Both the position numbers and the translations under genes were made by a program. Positions 41,401-49,200 of a DNA stretch of 64,000 nucleotides are shown piece by piece. A model generated the notes under the pieces. It saw nothing but the letters and a program-made list of their open reading frames with translations. It was not told the origin of the DNA and made no database searches. Position 1 is the stretch's first letter. The number at the start of each line of letters is the position of its first letter. This DNA is from Squalus acanthias (taxonomy: Eukaryota). The stretch lies in the NCBI GenBank assembly GCA_030390025.1, contig CM059428.1, positions 100,564,001-100,628,000 on the forward strand, read 5' to 3'.

Positions 41401-44400
41401 GGGAACACTCAAATTAGTTTCAACATCCGCGAGTCAAGCAAGAGAAAAAAAATCAAACAGGATTCCAGTTTCTTTTCACTGGCCTGTGACTCACCCAGCT
41501 GAAAATCTGTGCCTGTGTGCATATTGGGTGAAGTCAGGGTTGGGCTTGGCTGTGATGCTGCCACTTTGTATAATATCCTTCTGACACTCACTACCTCTAG
41601 AAGATAGAAGAGTGGATGCCTGGATAAGGCACTGGACAATTGTAAATGCATCCCAGTTTTTTTTTTTGTCATTAATAAGTTTTGATTTAAAGAATGTAAT
41701 TTTACTAAACTGACTGTACAGGAAAAAAACTGAAAGAGTGAATATACTGAATATATTTCTTATTGCTGATCCCCTTCGGCTATTGGAAGAAGGGAGAACA
41801 TTGGGAGGTAGGAAAAAATGCTTACTGTTGCTTGGTGCCATTTATATTATATGCATTAAGTCATGGGAACTGAGGTTGGGCTAAATAATTGGTCCAATAC
41901 CTGATCGTAATTCAAAAGCTACCATTCCTCTGAATAGAATCAGCTAATTTTGCATTCATAACTTACTATGCCAGGTTGGCCAGGTTGTCCGGCTCGGCCT
42001 GACTTGCCTGGTGTTCCATCTCTACCGTCTTGTCCTTGAGGACCCTATGATAGAAAGAATGTAGATTGTGACTATGCACCATAAGGCATAATTGAAAAAA
42101 TGGAAATGCTTTGGTTTGACAATTTAATTAATATAGTATATAGCACAATGTGACTGTTCATAAACCAATTTGATATTATCAACAGAAAACAAAACTAGGA
42201 AATATTCTATGGGAACAACATTTTCTCTAAAACAAGTTAAATTCAACTTTTTAATTAAAAAAAACACTGGTTGAAGAAAACTAATCTAATTCAAGCATAA
42301 ATACCCTGTCTCCTGATGGACCTCGATTGCCAGGGGGTCCTTGTGGTCCCTAAAAATGTAAATATTTGGATCAGGTTAGATATGCAAAGCTGTAACACAA
42401 TTCCAAAAGTTCCAGTTTATATGATACTGTCAAATGATTACAAGATCGATCCATTATCCTTCCCCTAGTCTTATGTCTGATTGGATCCTATTATAGATAT
42501 GTTCAAGAAGAAAAACGGAAAAAAGAACTTGCATTTATATAGTGCCTTTCATAACCTCAGGACATCCCAAAGCACTTCCCAGCCAATTAAGTATTTTTAA
42601 AGTGTAGTCACTGTTGTAATGTAAGGGAACAAGGCAGCCAATTTGTGCAGCTTAAGGTCCCACAAACAGCAATGAGATAAATGATCAGATAATCTATTTT
42701 TGGTGATATTAGTTGTGCGATAATGCTGGCCAGGACACCTGGGGAATTCCTCTGATTTTCTTTGAATAGTGCCATGAAATCTTTTGCATTCACCTGAGAG
42801 GGCAGTTGGGCCTAGGTTTAACATTATTCAAAAGACGGCACCTCTGATAGTCCAACACTCCTTCAGTACTGCACTGAAGTGCCAGCCTGGAGTGGGGCTT
42901 GAACTTACAACCTTCTGACTTAGAGGCAAAAGTGGTACCACTGAACCAAGGCTGATACATAACCTAAAGCCTACAAGATTACCAGAAGATGCAAAAGTGT
43001 TTTGCAAAGGATTTCCTCAGAGAGACTTGGGGAAAGAGAATTAACATAAACACTTAAAAAAGCAAGGGTGGATCATTATTTTAGAATGAAACAGCATATA
43101 CACTGAAAATGCTGAATGTTGAAAGTCATTGAGAGACAATGCAAGATTTTTTTTTGCTGACTTGTCTCCTTCACCTAAAAAAGAAACACACCATTTACAT
43201 TAGAATGCTGCTTCCAATCTTCCTTTTCATCTTTGCCCATTGCCACTCCCAATCAATGTATGAAGATACTGTGACAAGTGACAGAATGAAAAGCTGCCTA
43301 AGTAAAAGATAGACAAATAGGATAAGTGTGATAATGTAGTTCTTTGCATGCTTGCTTCACAGTAGCCCAGCAGCCAAATGCTTAATCAGGGCTGCTTGAT
43401 ACTGGAGCTTGCTTACTGCACCAGAACATAAGGAGGAAGGAATGGGGAAAGATCATGCAGCACATCAGCTTGTTTCATCATCTTAATTCTGTTTCAGAGC
43501 CTCATTGAACCATTTTTGTTGAGTTTTGTCAGTTCTGAACCATGTTGCTAGATCGAGCTCTGTCTTTAAACAAAGAGTTCTATTTCACGGATGCAAAGTG
43601 ATATCATCCAGTTGGTTTGCAACCCCTGCAAGACAATCAAGTCTGTGCTTCAGACCATCCTGCAATCAAGACTGGAGAAGGACGTGTGGTGGCAGCTGCC
43701 CACACAGACAGAGGTTCCACAGGAAATGTGAAGGAACAAAAATAAGCAAATGAAAGCATGTAAAGATCACACTTTACATCATTGTGCTTATTGGACAGAA
43801 TTCCAGTGCTGCTGATACCATGGGTCAGCTCTCAAAAGGGTAACAGATGGGAAGCAGAGGTGGAGTGGCTTCGCTTGTGGGGGAGGGGAGGGGAAGTGTG
43901 AGAAATGGACTCCAGCTGTCTCGTCCCACGCACAGCACACCTTAAACATTAGCTGGCCGTCAATGCTCATGTCTAAAGAGAAAACTGTATTATTGTGTGC
44001 TGATTTTTTGTCATTTAATTTTTTGATGCATCTTTGTTTTTAATCAAGCTAGCGGAACACAATGTAGACAACAAACTATAAAAACCTATGGCATATTATT
44101 TATGCCACATGAATGGACTTGTGTAACTCATGAGTGACACAGATTACATAAGCTATGGAGCACCATGAGCAAGGTATTAATCATGCCCCATGGATCGATA
44201 TGAAATATTTTGTTTATATCATGCATTAAAGACTGAATTAAAAATTGTTTAAATTTGTTTAATGGTGCACTGTATTCCTTTGTAATTACATATAGAGCAC
44301 TGGACATACTACAGTACAGATGCAGCACAGCACTTCCCCCAATAAACTGTCTTAACAACAACCTCAGAAGAGCACCTCTTACTGGAACAGTGTGGCAATT

Positions 44401-47400
44401 TCCAACTGACATGTGGAATGTTTTATGGTGTCTGAGGAGCTTTGTCCAATTAGTACTGAAGTGTGGGCAAGTGTGTGCTGGGAGTGGGTTGAGACTATTC
44501 AAGGTTGTCTCACTGCATTTGTATTTCAGTAGTTTGTAGAAATAGCCCATGCTATAGAGTGCACAGTCAGACAAAGAAAACAATTCATTATACGCACCAT
44601 TAGTTCATCTTGGTAAGCCTGCAACAAGCAAGAGAAAACAAAATTACTTAATTATCTTTCGACAAAAATCAAAATACAATGGAATTTCTAAGAGTAGCAC
44701 CATAATGACTGTCAACACTTACATCACTTCCATATGCGTCTGCAGAAAAAGAACAGAAAATAAGATGTTAGTTATGAATTTTCCATATCTGTAACTGTAG
44801 AATTAACAATATATTCTGCATACATGACATGCCATATATAAAACATCACTGTAAACTGTTGTAAAACTCTCCTGGTTGATTCAGTGGTATACAGTAGTTA
44901 TCACTAAATGATATAGTGAAAATGAGGGAATATTTCCTGTGTTCACTATTTGTAGGAAATCGTAATGGCATTCTACACTTGATTTGTGATTTTGCTAGAA
45001 ATAGCAAACAGAGTAAAATCTTCCACCAATATTTGAAAGGCTGTCTGATGTTTTTCAAAATTTATAAAATGAAGCTGATGCTTCAGGCTCAGTAAATAAA
45101 AAATTCCTTCTTACTCTTACATTGGCCAGGAAATTTATGACCTTAAATATTTTTCGGTAATAAATAAACCCTGGTGGAACTGCGTTGTGTCTCAACTTGG
45201 AGCTGTGATTTGGACAAAAGTAAATTTAACTCTTAATAATTGCTGTACTTCATAATTGTAATAATCATAAGTATGTTTTTACTAATTTGATAATGTATTT
45301 TTTTGGTGAATTTTGTGTTCATAGAGGAATGGAACACTTTCTCATTTCAGGCATCAAGTTCTCACAGATCAGGCACATCATTGCCAGATTTAGAGTAGCT
45401 TTACTCTGCCCAACAATATGGCTGAATCCAAACACCCAGAAAGTCAGAAGTGAACACCCCTTTCCTATAACTAGTTGTGCTTGTGACTTCGCTGAGCAAG
45501 ATTTCTATTTATTGGCAAAATATGACAATTGTTCTCCTTGCATCCTGACAACTAGGTTGAGACTGTCCAAACTCAGTTCACATAGAATCCTTTCTGCCGC
45601 TAAAGCTAAAAGACTTTCATCCCATCATGCTAGGCTGGATTTCACCCTAGGTCCCCGAAGAACAAAAATACAATATCTATCCCACTACACTACCCAATGT
45701 AACTTGTGAAAAAAGTTGAAAGGGAATGGACACGCAGCGATAGTTCTTTTGACTGCATTAGGAACTCACTGTGCTAAATCCGAAAGTAGTGGCTAAAAGT
45801 ATGACTTATTTATCCCCTTCCTCATCTGAGCTGGAAAGTGGTAAAACAGATTCCTATTAGTTCTTATTATATGTAGGATCCAGACCAGGCATGAATAGAG
45901 ATAACCTGTGTAGGTTAGAAGAGAAACTCATCTTCAGCTGAAGGAGAGTGAAGTAGATATCCATTGTTGTCACTGTGTCAGTCAGCGAGCATGTTTTGGA
46001 CCAAATTTGCAGAGAGTTATTTTTTGGAATCTATTTAAATAATTATTCCTATCTGCTCCTATTCTTTAACACCAATTAATTACATGGTGTATATCCATCT
46101 TGGTCATGAATCTAATGGGTCTAAATAAGTTAAATGTTTAAAAAGATTTACATGTTTGTTTTTAATGTTTAAAAACTCTTCACTTTAAAACTGTCGCTAG
46201 ATTCCTTTGCTTTCTGAAATGCACACAATCATTTGACATTTAAAAAATGTTGGTAATTTAATTTTTTTTTCATAAATGCCAGTTTTAGTAAAGCAAACAT
46301 TTTATATTGGTCAGTGTACATTAATTATCAAATATTTATTATAGAAATGTGAAGACATTTTAAATGGATGACTTAATCATTGATTATTTTTATTAATTGT
46401 TTAATTAGATTAGCACACTTCCTTTATAGTACATAAACATTAAAAACAAACATGTAAATCTGTTTAAGGTAGATAATTATCTTATCAGATTTCAGGTCAG
46501 CAATAAATGCTGGCCTTGCCAGCAATGCCCACATTCCATGAATGAATAAAAAAAGTTTGGAGTCCAGTTATATATTAACATTAATAGTTCTAATGAGTCG
46601 GAAGAAAATGGGAATGTAGAAGTGTGTGGTCTGGAGGACCAGCTAAGGCTAGTGGTGTTGGGATCAGGTTGGCACTCAGGCGACATTTCCTCCCCCATGA
46701 CTCTGGTAGCCACCCTGCCGACTCTCTGATGATATCATCAGGAACGAAGGGCTGCTGTCACACAAACACGGCCAACAAGGCTGAGGTTTCCACACCTCCT
46801 TGCTTTTAATTTCCTGCACTTTGATTCACCCTACACCGTTACCTAGCCCTGCCGCAATAGGGAGATGATGGCAAGTGGCCACAAACCACAAGTCATGTAT
46901 ATATACAAATGCTTTCAATGTACTGAAACCAAGTTATTCATAAAAAGCTGAACAGCACAATCTGCTTGCTATTTTACTGTGTATACCTGCTAGCTTGTTG
47001 GTGGGAGTGATATTTGACTATCAAACTATACACTTGTAACAATGCCAGATGGTATTTAAAAAAGGGTTTCCATCACGTTTATCAGGATGCATGATGGTTC
47101 TAACATCGGTCATGTTACATATAGATAGAAATTACTTGATTAATAATTTACCCTTACACGAGTACAAGTCAAGCATATTCTGGAAATCGCAGATAGGCTT
47201 TGCACTTCCATTAGATGCAGGTGAACATCACTTTAATATGACAATACTTTGTGATGTGCAAAACTATCCAGCCACCTTGCACACCAGAAAGCTATTAATA
47301 TAGTACCAAAAATAAAGATGGGATAAAAATTACAACCGCTCTCACAAAATAAAGCAGTGCAAGAAATTCCTTGCACTGTTGAAATGTGAGGCATTAACAC

Positions 47401-48952
47401 ATCAAACACCTGGGGAGGGATCCTCATCTGCTTAAAAACAAAAATGGGAAAAAATGTTTCCTGTGAAATATCCAAAATTTGTAATGTTGCATCTATCTAT
47501 CTATGTCGTAACTATACTAATTACTTTCCTTTTGGCGAAGTGAAGAAGACTCATCTTCTCCCTCCTCAAACCCTGCTTTCGCCACGGCCAAATCGGCACC
47601 TACTTCGAATTACCAGCAGGAGGCTCCAAAGTTCTTGTGTTGGTTTCAGTTAATTCCATTGCCAGTGTGTATAGGTGTGCGTGTATGTACATATATGCAT
47701 ATATATTTATATACATATATAATTAAACATTAAATTACATTATAGATGATATATAAATATGCAATCTGTCGAATACGTTACACGATCCGAAACGCATTTG
47801 TTATAAACGAGAAAAACGTCATTACATATGTTCTGCGTCTGGCTACTTGTGGGAATGGATAAAGTGGAGCTGGACTAAGATTCTGCTGATGTGCCCTCAT
47901 TCCCACCAATGGTCAAACCTGCCGATCTCTCCCACATTCTCACCAATTCGTCCGCTCAAAGAGACCACGCCTTCTTTGGGTTTAACCTAAGTACTATTTG
48001 AAACGAAAACTTCAGAAGCTGCCTCTCAACTGGACACATCCTCAGTTGCTGTGTATTTGCTCCAAGGGGCAATGTAACCACATCAGATGGGCGGAGGCAT
48101 AAAAAAAATCCACGCGCGCAAAACATACATTTGCTCATTTGAGAAATTAGTACTTTGGACCTTGTAAACAGATGTCCTTAAAAACTCTTTCTAAAATAGA
48201 CTACTTTAGTCTCCACTACAGTCTGCCTCGACAGAAGGCTGAGGTAAAGCGCCGTATTAAAGTGGAAGGACTGCCGCAAGGTGGCGACATCGCAAAATAC
48301 TCGCCGCCTTCTCTCTGCCCAGCCCAGCATTGTCATGGAAAACATTACTTCTATAAATTAACATGAAGTCCCCCGCCTCAGATTAGATATTTTCCTATTT
48401 CTTGATTATTTTTCTATCTAAAGGCTAACGACTGGTATCGTCTGGGCTCAATGAAACAGAATAATTTAAACTGACGCCCACAATATTCGTTCAATGCGAA
48501 GCAACTTAGCTACACCCGCGCTAGTTTTCGTCATAATTTCAACGTTTGTGCGACTACACCTTTACGTACTTATATACACATTAATTTTAAGCAAATATAT
48601 ACCTATATATTTTACGAAATAAGCGTTTGACGAATCCTTTGCTATTGTATTGCATTACTTGTTTCGAAAGGTTTTTCGTTGCAAATTACTGGATTTATAA
48701 CGGGTCACAAAATATGATTTTATACTTTTATTATTCTTGTTTCACTGCTATACTTTTTGATAAGTTTGAACTTAGGGTTTCTGAAAGAATCTGGCATGCC
48801 TTATCTTACTGGGCTGCAGCCTCCAAGCAAACATACACATTACATTGTCAGATTTAAAAGGGGCACTTACATTCGTCTTCATATTGGCCTCTTGCAACGA
48901 ACGTCGTTACTGCAAGCAGCAACAAAATCCGTGTATCCACAAAGCTGAGCAT
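2370..48952 (-). CDS. COL1A2: Collagen type I alpha-2 chain gene, spliced CDS exons 1-48 (3'-incomplete; continues past window start)
   Basis: Starts [15 protein letters not shown] (human COL1A2 [15 protein letters not shown]). No VWC exon found. FAAQY N-proteinase site present. Exon 7 [15 protein letters not shown] and exon 39 GMTGFPG are alpha2-type; exons 33 and 34 are separate. Exons 7-48 (counting one exon 24) sum to 2988 nt = 332 Gly-X-Y triplets, the canonical fibrillar count. Confidence 0.95.
2581..2634 (-). CDS. COL1A2: COL1A2 exon 47
   Basis: 54 nt, [18 protein letters not shown]. Confidence 0.93.
2731..2838 (-). CDS. COL1A2: COL1A2 exon 46
   Basis: 108 nt, [36 protein letters not shown]. 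Confidence 0.93.
3528..3581 (-). CDS. COL1A2: COL1A2 exon 45
   Basis: 54 nt, [18 protein letters not shown]. Confidence 0.93.
3695..3802 (-). CDS. COL1A2: COL1A2 exon 44
   Basis: 108 nt, [36 protein letters not shown]. Confidence 0.93.
3918..3971 (-). CDS. COL1A2: COL1A2 exon 43
   Basis: 54 nt, [18 protein letters not shown]. Confidence 0.93.
4096..4203 (-). CDS. COL1A2: COL1A2 exon 42
   Basis: 108 nt, [36 protein letters not shown]. Confidence 0.93.
5302..5665 (-). mobile_element. Deu-domain-type SINE
   Basis: acttgcatttatatagcacc...cagtactgcactgaagtatcagcctagattatg; homologous to 37960-38350 and 42520-42960. Confidence 0.65.
6233..6340 (-). CDS. COL1A2: COL1A2 exon 41 (collagenase site)
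   Basis: 108 nt, [36 protein letters not shown]. Confidence 0.93.
6460..6621 (-). CDS. COL1A2: COL1A2 exon 40
   Basis: 162 nt, [54 protein letters not shown]. Confidence 0.93.
6681..7424. mobile_element. Putative non-autonomous DNA transposon/MITE with GC-rich ends, AT-rich core and internal palindrome
   Basis: CpG-rich ends starting ggcccagattttcc in an AT-rich intron; 30-bp-arm palindrome at 7150-7213; boundaries approximate. Confidence 0.45.
7761..7946 (+). mobile_element. Penelope-like terminal-repeat fragment with inverted 5' part and hammerhead-like motifs
   Basis: gatgctgcctgacctgctgag core; TSD gacaa(t/g)aaacatga at 7747-7760 and 7947-7960; CTGATGA..GAAA on the minus strand at 7783-7813. 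Confidence 0.6.
8492..8545 (-). CDS. COL1A2: COL1A2 exon 39
   Basis: 54 nt, [18 protein letters not shown]. Confidence 0.93.
8612..9028 (-). mobile_element. CR1-type LINE 3' fragment
   Basis: [22 protein letters not shown]...[18 protein letters not shown] and ctactcctgctcct tail. Confidence 0.9.
9064..9117 (-). CDS. COL1A2: COL1A2 exon 38
   Basis: 54 nt, [18 protein letters not shown]. Confidence 0.92.
9540..10830. mobile_element. Ancient PIF/Harbinger relic (transposase on +, Myb/SANT remnant on -)
   Basis: [15 protein letters not shown] and [14 protein letters not shown] resemble the transposase at 62184-62920; [15 protein letters not shown] on the minus strand. Confidence 0.5.
11530..11637 (-). 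CDS. COL1A2: COL1A2 exon 37
   Basis: 108 nt, [36 protein letters not shown]. Confidence 0.93.
11740..11793 (-). CDS. COL1A2: COL1A2 exon 36
   Basis: 54 nt, [18 protein letters not shown]. Confidence 0.93.
12011..12064 (-). CDS. COL1A2: COL1A2 exon 35
   Basis: 54 nt, [18 protein letters not shown]. Confidence 0.93.
13860..13913 (-). CDS. COL1A2: COL1A2 exon 34
   Basis: 54 nt, [18 protein letters not shown]. Confidence 0.93.
14028..14081 (-). CDS. COL1A2: COL1A2 exon 33
   Basis: 54 nt, [18 protein letters not shown]. Confidence 0.93.
14564..14671 (-). CDS. COL1A2: COL1A2 exon 32
   Basis: 108 nt, [36 protein letters not shown]. Confidence 0.93.
15544..15642 (-). CDS. COL1A2: COL1A2 exon 31
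   Basis: 99 nt, [33 protein letters not shown]. Confidence 0.93.
15738..15782 (-). CDS. COL1A2: COL1A2 exon 30
   Basis: 45 nt, [15 protein letters not shown]. Confidence 0.93.
16129..16195 (+). mobile_element. 67-bp Penelope-like terminal-repeat fragment
   Basis: Same core as 7761 and 40958; TSD atatggatcatac at 16116-16128 and 16196-16208. Confidence 0.7.
16252..16305 (-). CDS. COL1A2: COL1A2 exon 29
   Basis: 54 nt, [18 protein letters not shown]. Confidence 0.93.
17553..17606 (-). CDS. COL1A2: COL1A2 exon 28
   Basis: 54 nt, [18 protein letters not shown]. Confidence 0.93.
18138..18191 (-). CDS. COL1A2: COL1A2 exon 27
   Basis: 54 nt, [18 protein letters not shown]. Confidence 0.93.
18589..19148. 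mobile_element. Putative MITE
   Basis: Imperfect TIRs ggaggcgattttcaa / ttgaaaatcctcc; GC-richer than flanks. Confidence 0.5.
19344..19534 (-). mobile_element. Palindromic Penelope-like insertion (76-bp arms)
   Basis: Inverted repeat 19383-19458/19461-19536 with one mismatch; TSD ataaatattctc at 19332-19343 and 19535-19546. Confidence 0.75.
20100..20293. repeat. AT-rich palindromic MITE-like repeat
   Basis: ~85-bp imperfect inverted arms; related copies near 16520-16722 and 59940-60080. Confidence 0.55.
20440..20493 (-). CDS. COL1A2: COL1A2 exon 26
   Basis: 54 nt, [18 protein letters not shown]. Confidence 0.93.
21269..21367 (-). CDS. COL1A2: COL1A2 exon 25
   Basis: 99 nt, [33 protein letters not shown]. 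Confidence 0.93.
22652..22705 (-). CDS. COL1A2: COL1A2 exon 24 ('24b', orthologous-looking copy)
   Basis: 54 nt, [18 protein letters not shown] (human GLPGSPGNIGPAGKEGPV); ttatttttcAG acceptor, GTAAGT donor. Confidence 0.9.
22745..22798 (-). CDS. COL1A2: Extra 54-nt Gly-X-Y exon '24a' (candidate mutually exclusive alternative to exon 24)
   Basis: [18 protein letters not shown]; acceptor ttttttgctttcctcaatatttatAG, donor GTAAGT; no counterpart in the canonical exon series. Confidence 0.7.
23392..23490 (-). CDS. COL1A2: COL1A2 exon 23
   Basis: 99 nt, [33 protein letters not shown]. Confidence 0.93.
23658..23711 (-). CDS. COL1A2: COL1A2 exon 22
   Basis: 54 nt, [18 protein letters not shown]. 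Confidence 0.93.
24279..24386 (-). CDS. COL1A2: COL1A2 exon 21
   Basis: 108 nt, [36 protein letters not shown]. Confidence 0.93.
24511..24564 (-). CDS. COL1A2: COL1A2 exon 20
   Basis: 54 nt, [18 protein letters not shown]. Confidence 0.93.
24698..24796 (-). CDS. COL1A2: COL1A2 exon 19
   Basis: 99 nt, [33 protein letters not shown]. Confidence 0.93.
24904..24948 (-). CDS. COL1A2: COL1A2 exon 18
   Basis: 45 nt, [15 protein letters not shown]. Confidence 0.93.
25048..25146 (-). CDS. COL1A2: COL1A2 exon 17
   Basis: 99 nt, [33 protein letters not shown]. Confidence 0.93.
26956..27009 (-). CDS. COL1A2: COL1A2 exon 16
   Basis: 54 nt, [18 protein letters not shown]. Confidence 0.93.
27761..27805 (-). 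CDS. COL1A2: COL1A2 exon 15
   Basis: 45 nt, [15 protein letters not shown]. Confidence 0.93.
28260..28313 (-). CDS. COL1A2: COL1A2 exon 14
   Basis: 54 nt, [18 protein letters not shown]. Confidence 0.93.
28463..28507 (-). CDS. COL1A2: COL1A2 exon 13
   Basis: 45 nt, [15 protein letters not shown]. Confidence 0.92.
30210..31796 (+). mobile_element. 5'-truncated CR1-type LINE in intron 12 (RT domain, frameshifted)
   Basis: ORF 30429-31364 with [39 protein letters not shown]; tail ttcttatattcttatg. Confidence 0.93.
33989..34725. mobile_element. Non-autonomous PIF/Harbinger element
   Basis: TIRs gggctagaaattc / gaatttctaggcc, 3-bp TSD AAA; left end homologous to the transposase-bearing element at 60631. 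Confidence 0.75.
34823..34876 (-). CDS. COL1A2: COL1A2 exon 12
   Basis: 54 nt, [18 protein letters not shown]. Confidence 0.93.
34989..35042 (-). CDS. COL1A2: COL1A2 exon 11 (helix Lys87)
   Basis: 54 nt, [18 protein letters not shown]. Confidence 0.93.
35237..35290 (-). CDS. COL1A2: COL1A2 exon 10
   Basis: 54 nt, [18 protein letters not shown]. Confidence 0.93.
37176..37229 (-). CDS. COL1A2: COL1A2 exon 9
   Basis: 54 nt, [18 protein letters not shown]. Confidence 0.93.
37337..37390 (-). CDS. COL1A2: COL1A2 exon 8
   Basis: 54 nt, [18 protein letters not shown]. Confidence 0.93.
37549..37593 (-). CDS. COL1A2: COL1A2 exon 7
   Basis: 45 nt, [15 protein letters not shown]. Confidence 0.93.
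37960..38350 (-). mobile_element. Degenerate Deu-domain-type SINE
   Basis: atgaccagttaatct..ttttggtggtgttgg..cagtactgcac shared with 5302-5665. Confidence 0.55.
39712..39762 (-). CDS. COL1A2: COL1A2 exon 6 (N-proteinase site, N-telopeptide, first helix triplet)
   Basis: 51 nt, [17 protein letters not shown] (human NFAAQYDGKGVGLGPGPM). Confidence 0.88.
40012..40893 (-). mobile_element. 5'-truncated LINE (same family as 56492-58662)
   Basis: ORF 40074-40631 [33 protein letters not shown], matching 58050-58600. Confidence 0.9.
40958..41200 (+). mobile_element. Penelope-like terminal-repeat fragment with minimal hammerhead motif
   Basis: 16-bp TSD tatattcttaagctct at 40942-40957 and 41201-41216; agtt-CTAACGA-a-AGGTC-ttc-GACCT-GAAAC-GTT-aact at 41066-41102. 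Confidence 0.7.
41967..42044 (-). CDS. COL1A2: COL1A2 exon 5 (minor helix)
   Basis: 78 nt, [32 protein letters not shown] donor. Confidence 0.9.
42305..42349 (-). CDS. COL1A2: COL1A2 exon 4 (N-propeptide minor helix)
   Basis: 45 nt, [19 protein letters not shown] ends. Confidence 0.9.
42520..42960 (-). mobile_element. Deu-domain-type SINE (best-preserved copy)
   Basis: ggcagccaatttgtgc..cccacaaacagcaatgagataaatga (Deu-like core) and tRNA-like head at 42890-42955. Confidence 0.7.
44598..44618 (-). CDS. COL1A2: COL1A2 exon 3 (21-nt microexon)
   Basis: tgttttctcttgcttgttgCAG acceptor, GTGCGT donor; AYQDELM, phase 0. Confidence 0.65.
44723..44739 (-). CDS. COL1A2: COL1A2 exon 2 (17-nt microexon)
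   Basis: Pyrimidine tract+CAG acceptor, GTAAGT donor; converts phase 1 to phase 0; (Y)AYGSD. Confidence 0.75.
46495..46554 (+). mobile_element. Isolated LINE 3' tail
   Basis: caataaatgctggccttgccagcaatgcccacattccatgaatgaataaaaaaa, matching the tail at 1-112. Confidence 0.7.
48871..48952 (-). CDS. COL1A2: COL1A2 exon 1 coding part (signal peptide)
   Basis: [27 protein letters not shown]+1 nt; GTAAGT donor at 48865-48870. Confidence 0.95.
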
Positions 48953-48983
48953 GTCTAAATGTTAGACATGCAGACTCCTTGTG
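48938..48983 (-). promoter_or_regulatory. Collagen 5' stem-loop (LARP6-binding element) spanning the start codon
   Basis: CACAAGGAGTCTGCATGTCTAACATTTAGACATGCTCAGCTTTGTG; CATGTCTA/TAGACATG top stem, internal loop and CACAA(G/A)G/CTTTGTG bottom stem, as in vertebrate COL1A1/COL1A2/COL3A1 mRNAs. Confidence 0.93.
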
Positions 48984-49015
48984 AAAAATAGACCAGCCTT
49001 TTACCCAGCAAGCAT
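48955..49015 (-). promoter_or_regulatory. Two 4-codon uORFs in 5' UTR (49001-49015 MLAG*, 48955-48969 MSNI*)
   Basis: ATG CTT GCT GGG TAA and ATG TCT AAC ATT TAG; the latter ends 2 nt before the main ATG. Confidence 0.8.
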
Positions 49016-49084
49016 AAAACAGAGGTGATGATAACTCCAGACTTTACAGAACCCTCCTGCCGTATCTCTAGCGTGATGTACCCT

Positions 49085-49200
49085 TCTTATAGTGCAGGAG
49101 GATCCCTGTCTGCGTGTCAGGACATCCCCTTAACCAATAGAAACCCAACGGCCCAATACTTTCAACCCCAACAGGTCCATTGGAGGAGCATGTTCCAATG
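49085..49200 (-). promoter_or_regulatory. COL1A2 core promoter: TATA box, CCAAT boxes, TCCTCC motif
   Basis: TATAAGA at 49085-49091; inverted CCAAT at 49134-49138 (~45 nt upstream of TATA); further CCAAT pentamers at 49153, 49179 and 49195; TCCTCC at 49182-49187; TSS inferred near 49060. Confidence 0.75.

Noticed and set aside
43163-43190. Strong-looking acceptor (gtttcttttttAG) in intron 3 followed by GTGAAGGAGACAA|gtcagc, a possible extra microexon
   Set aside because: The only nearby donor is weak and gives 13 nt, which breaks the frame between phase-0 exons; RNA evidence would be needed
43526-43753. Cys-rich 75-aa ORF as a possible VWC-domain exon remnant
   Set aside because: It is on the strand opposite the collagen gene and lacks VWC Cys spacing; no VWC pattern was seen on the minus strand
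2370-48952. Assignment as COL1A1 or COL2A1 because of some alpha1-like motifs
   Set aside because: MLSFVD start, COL1A2-type 5' stem-loop, absence of a VWC exon, FAAQY site and most exon sequences fit COL1A2
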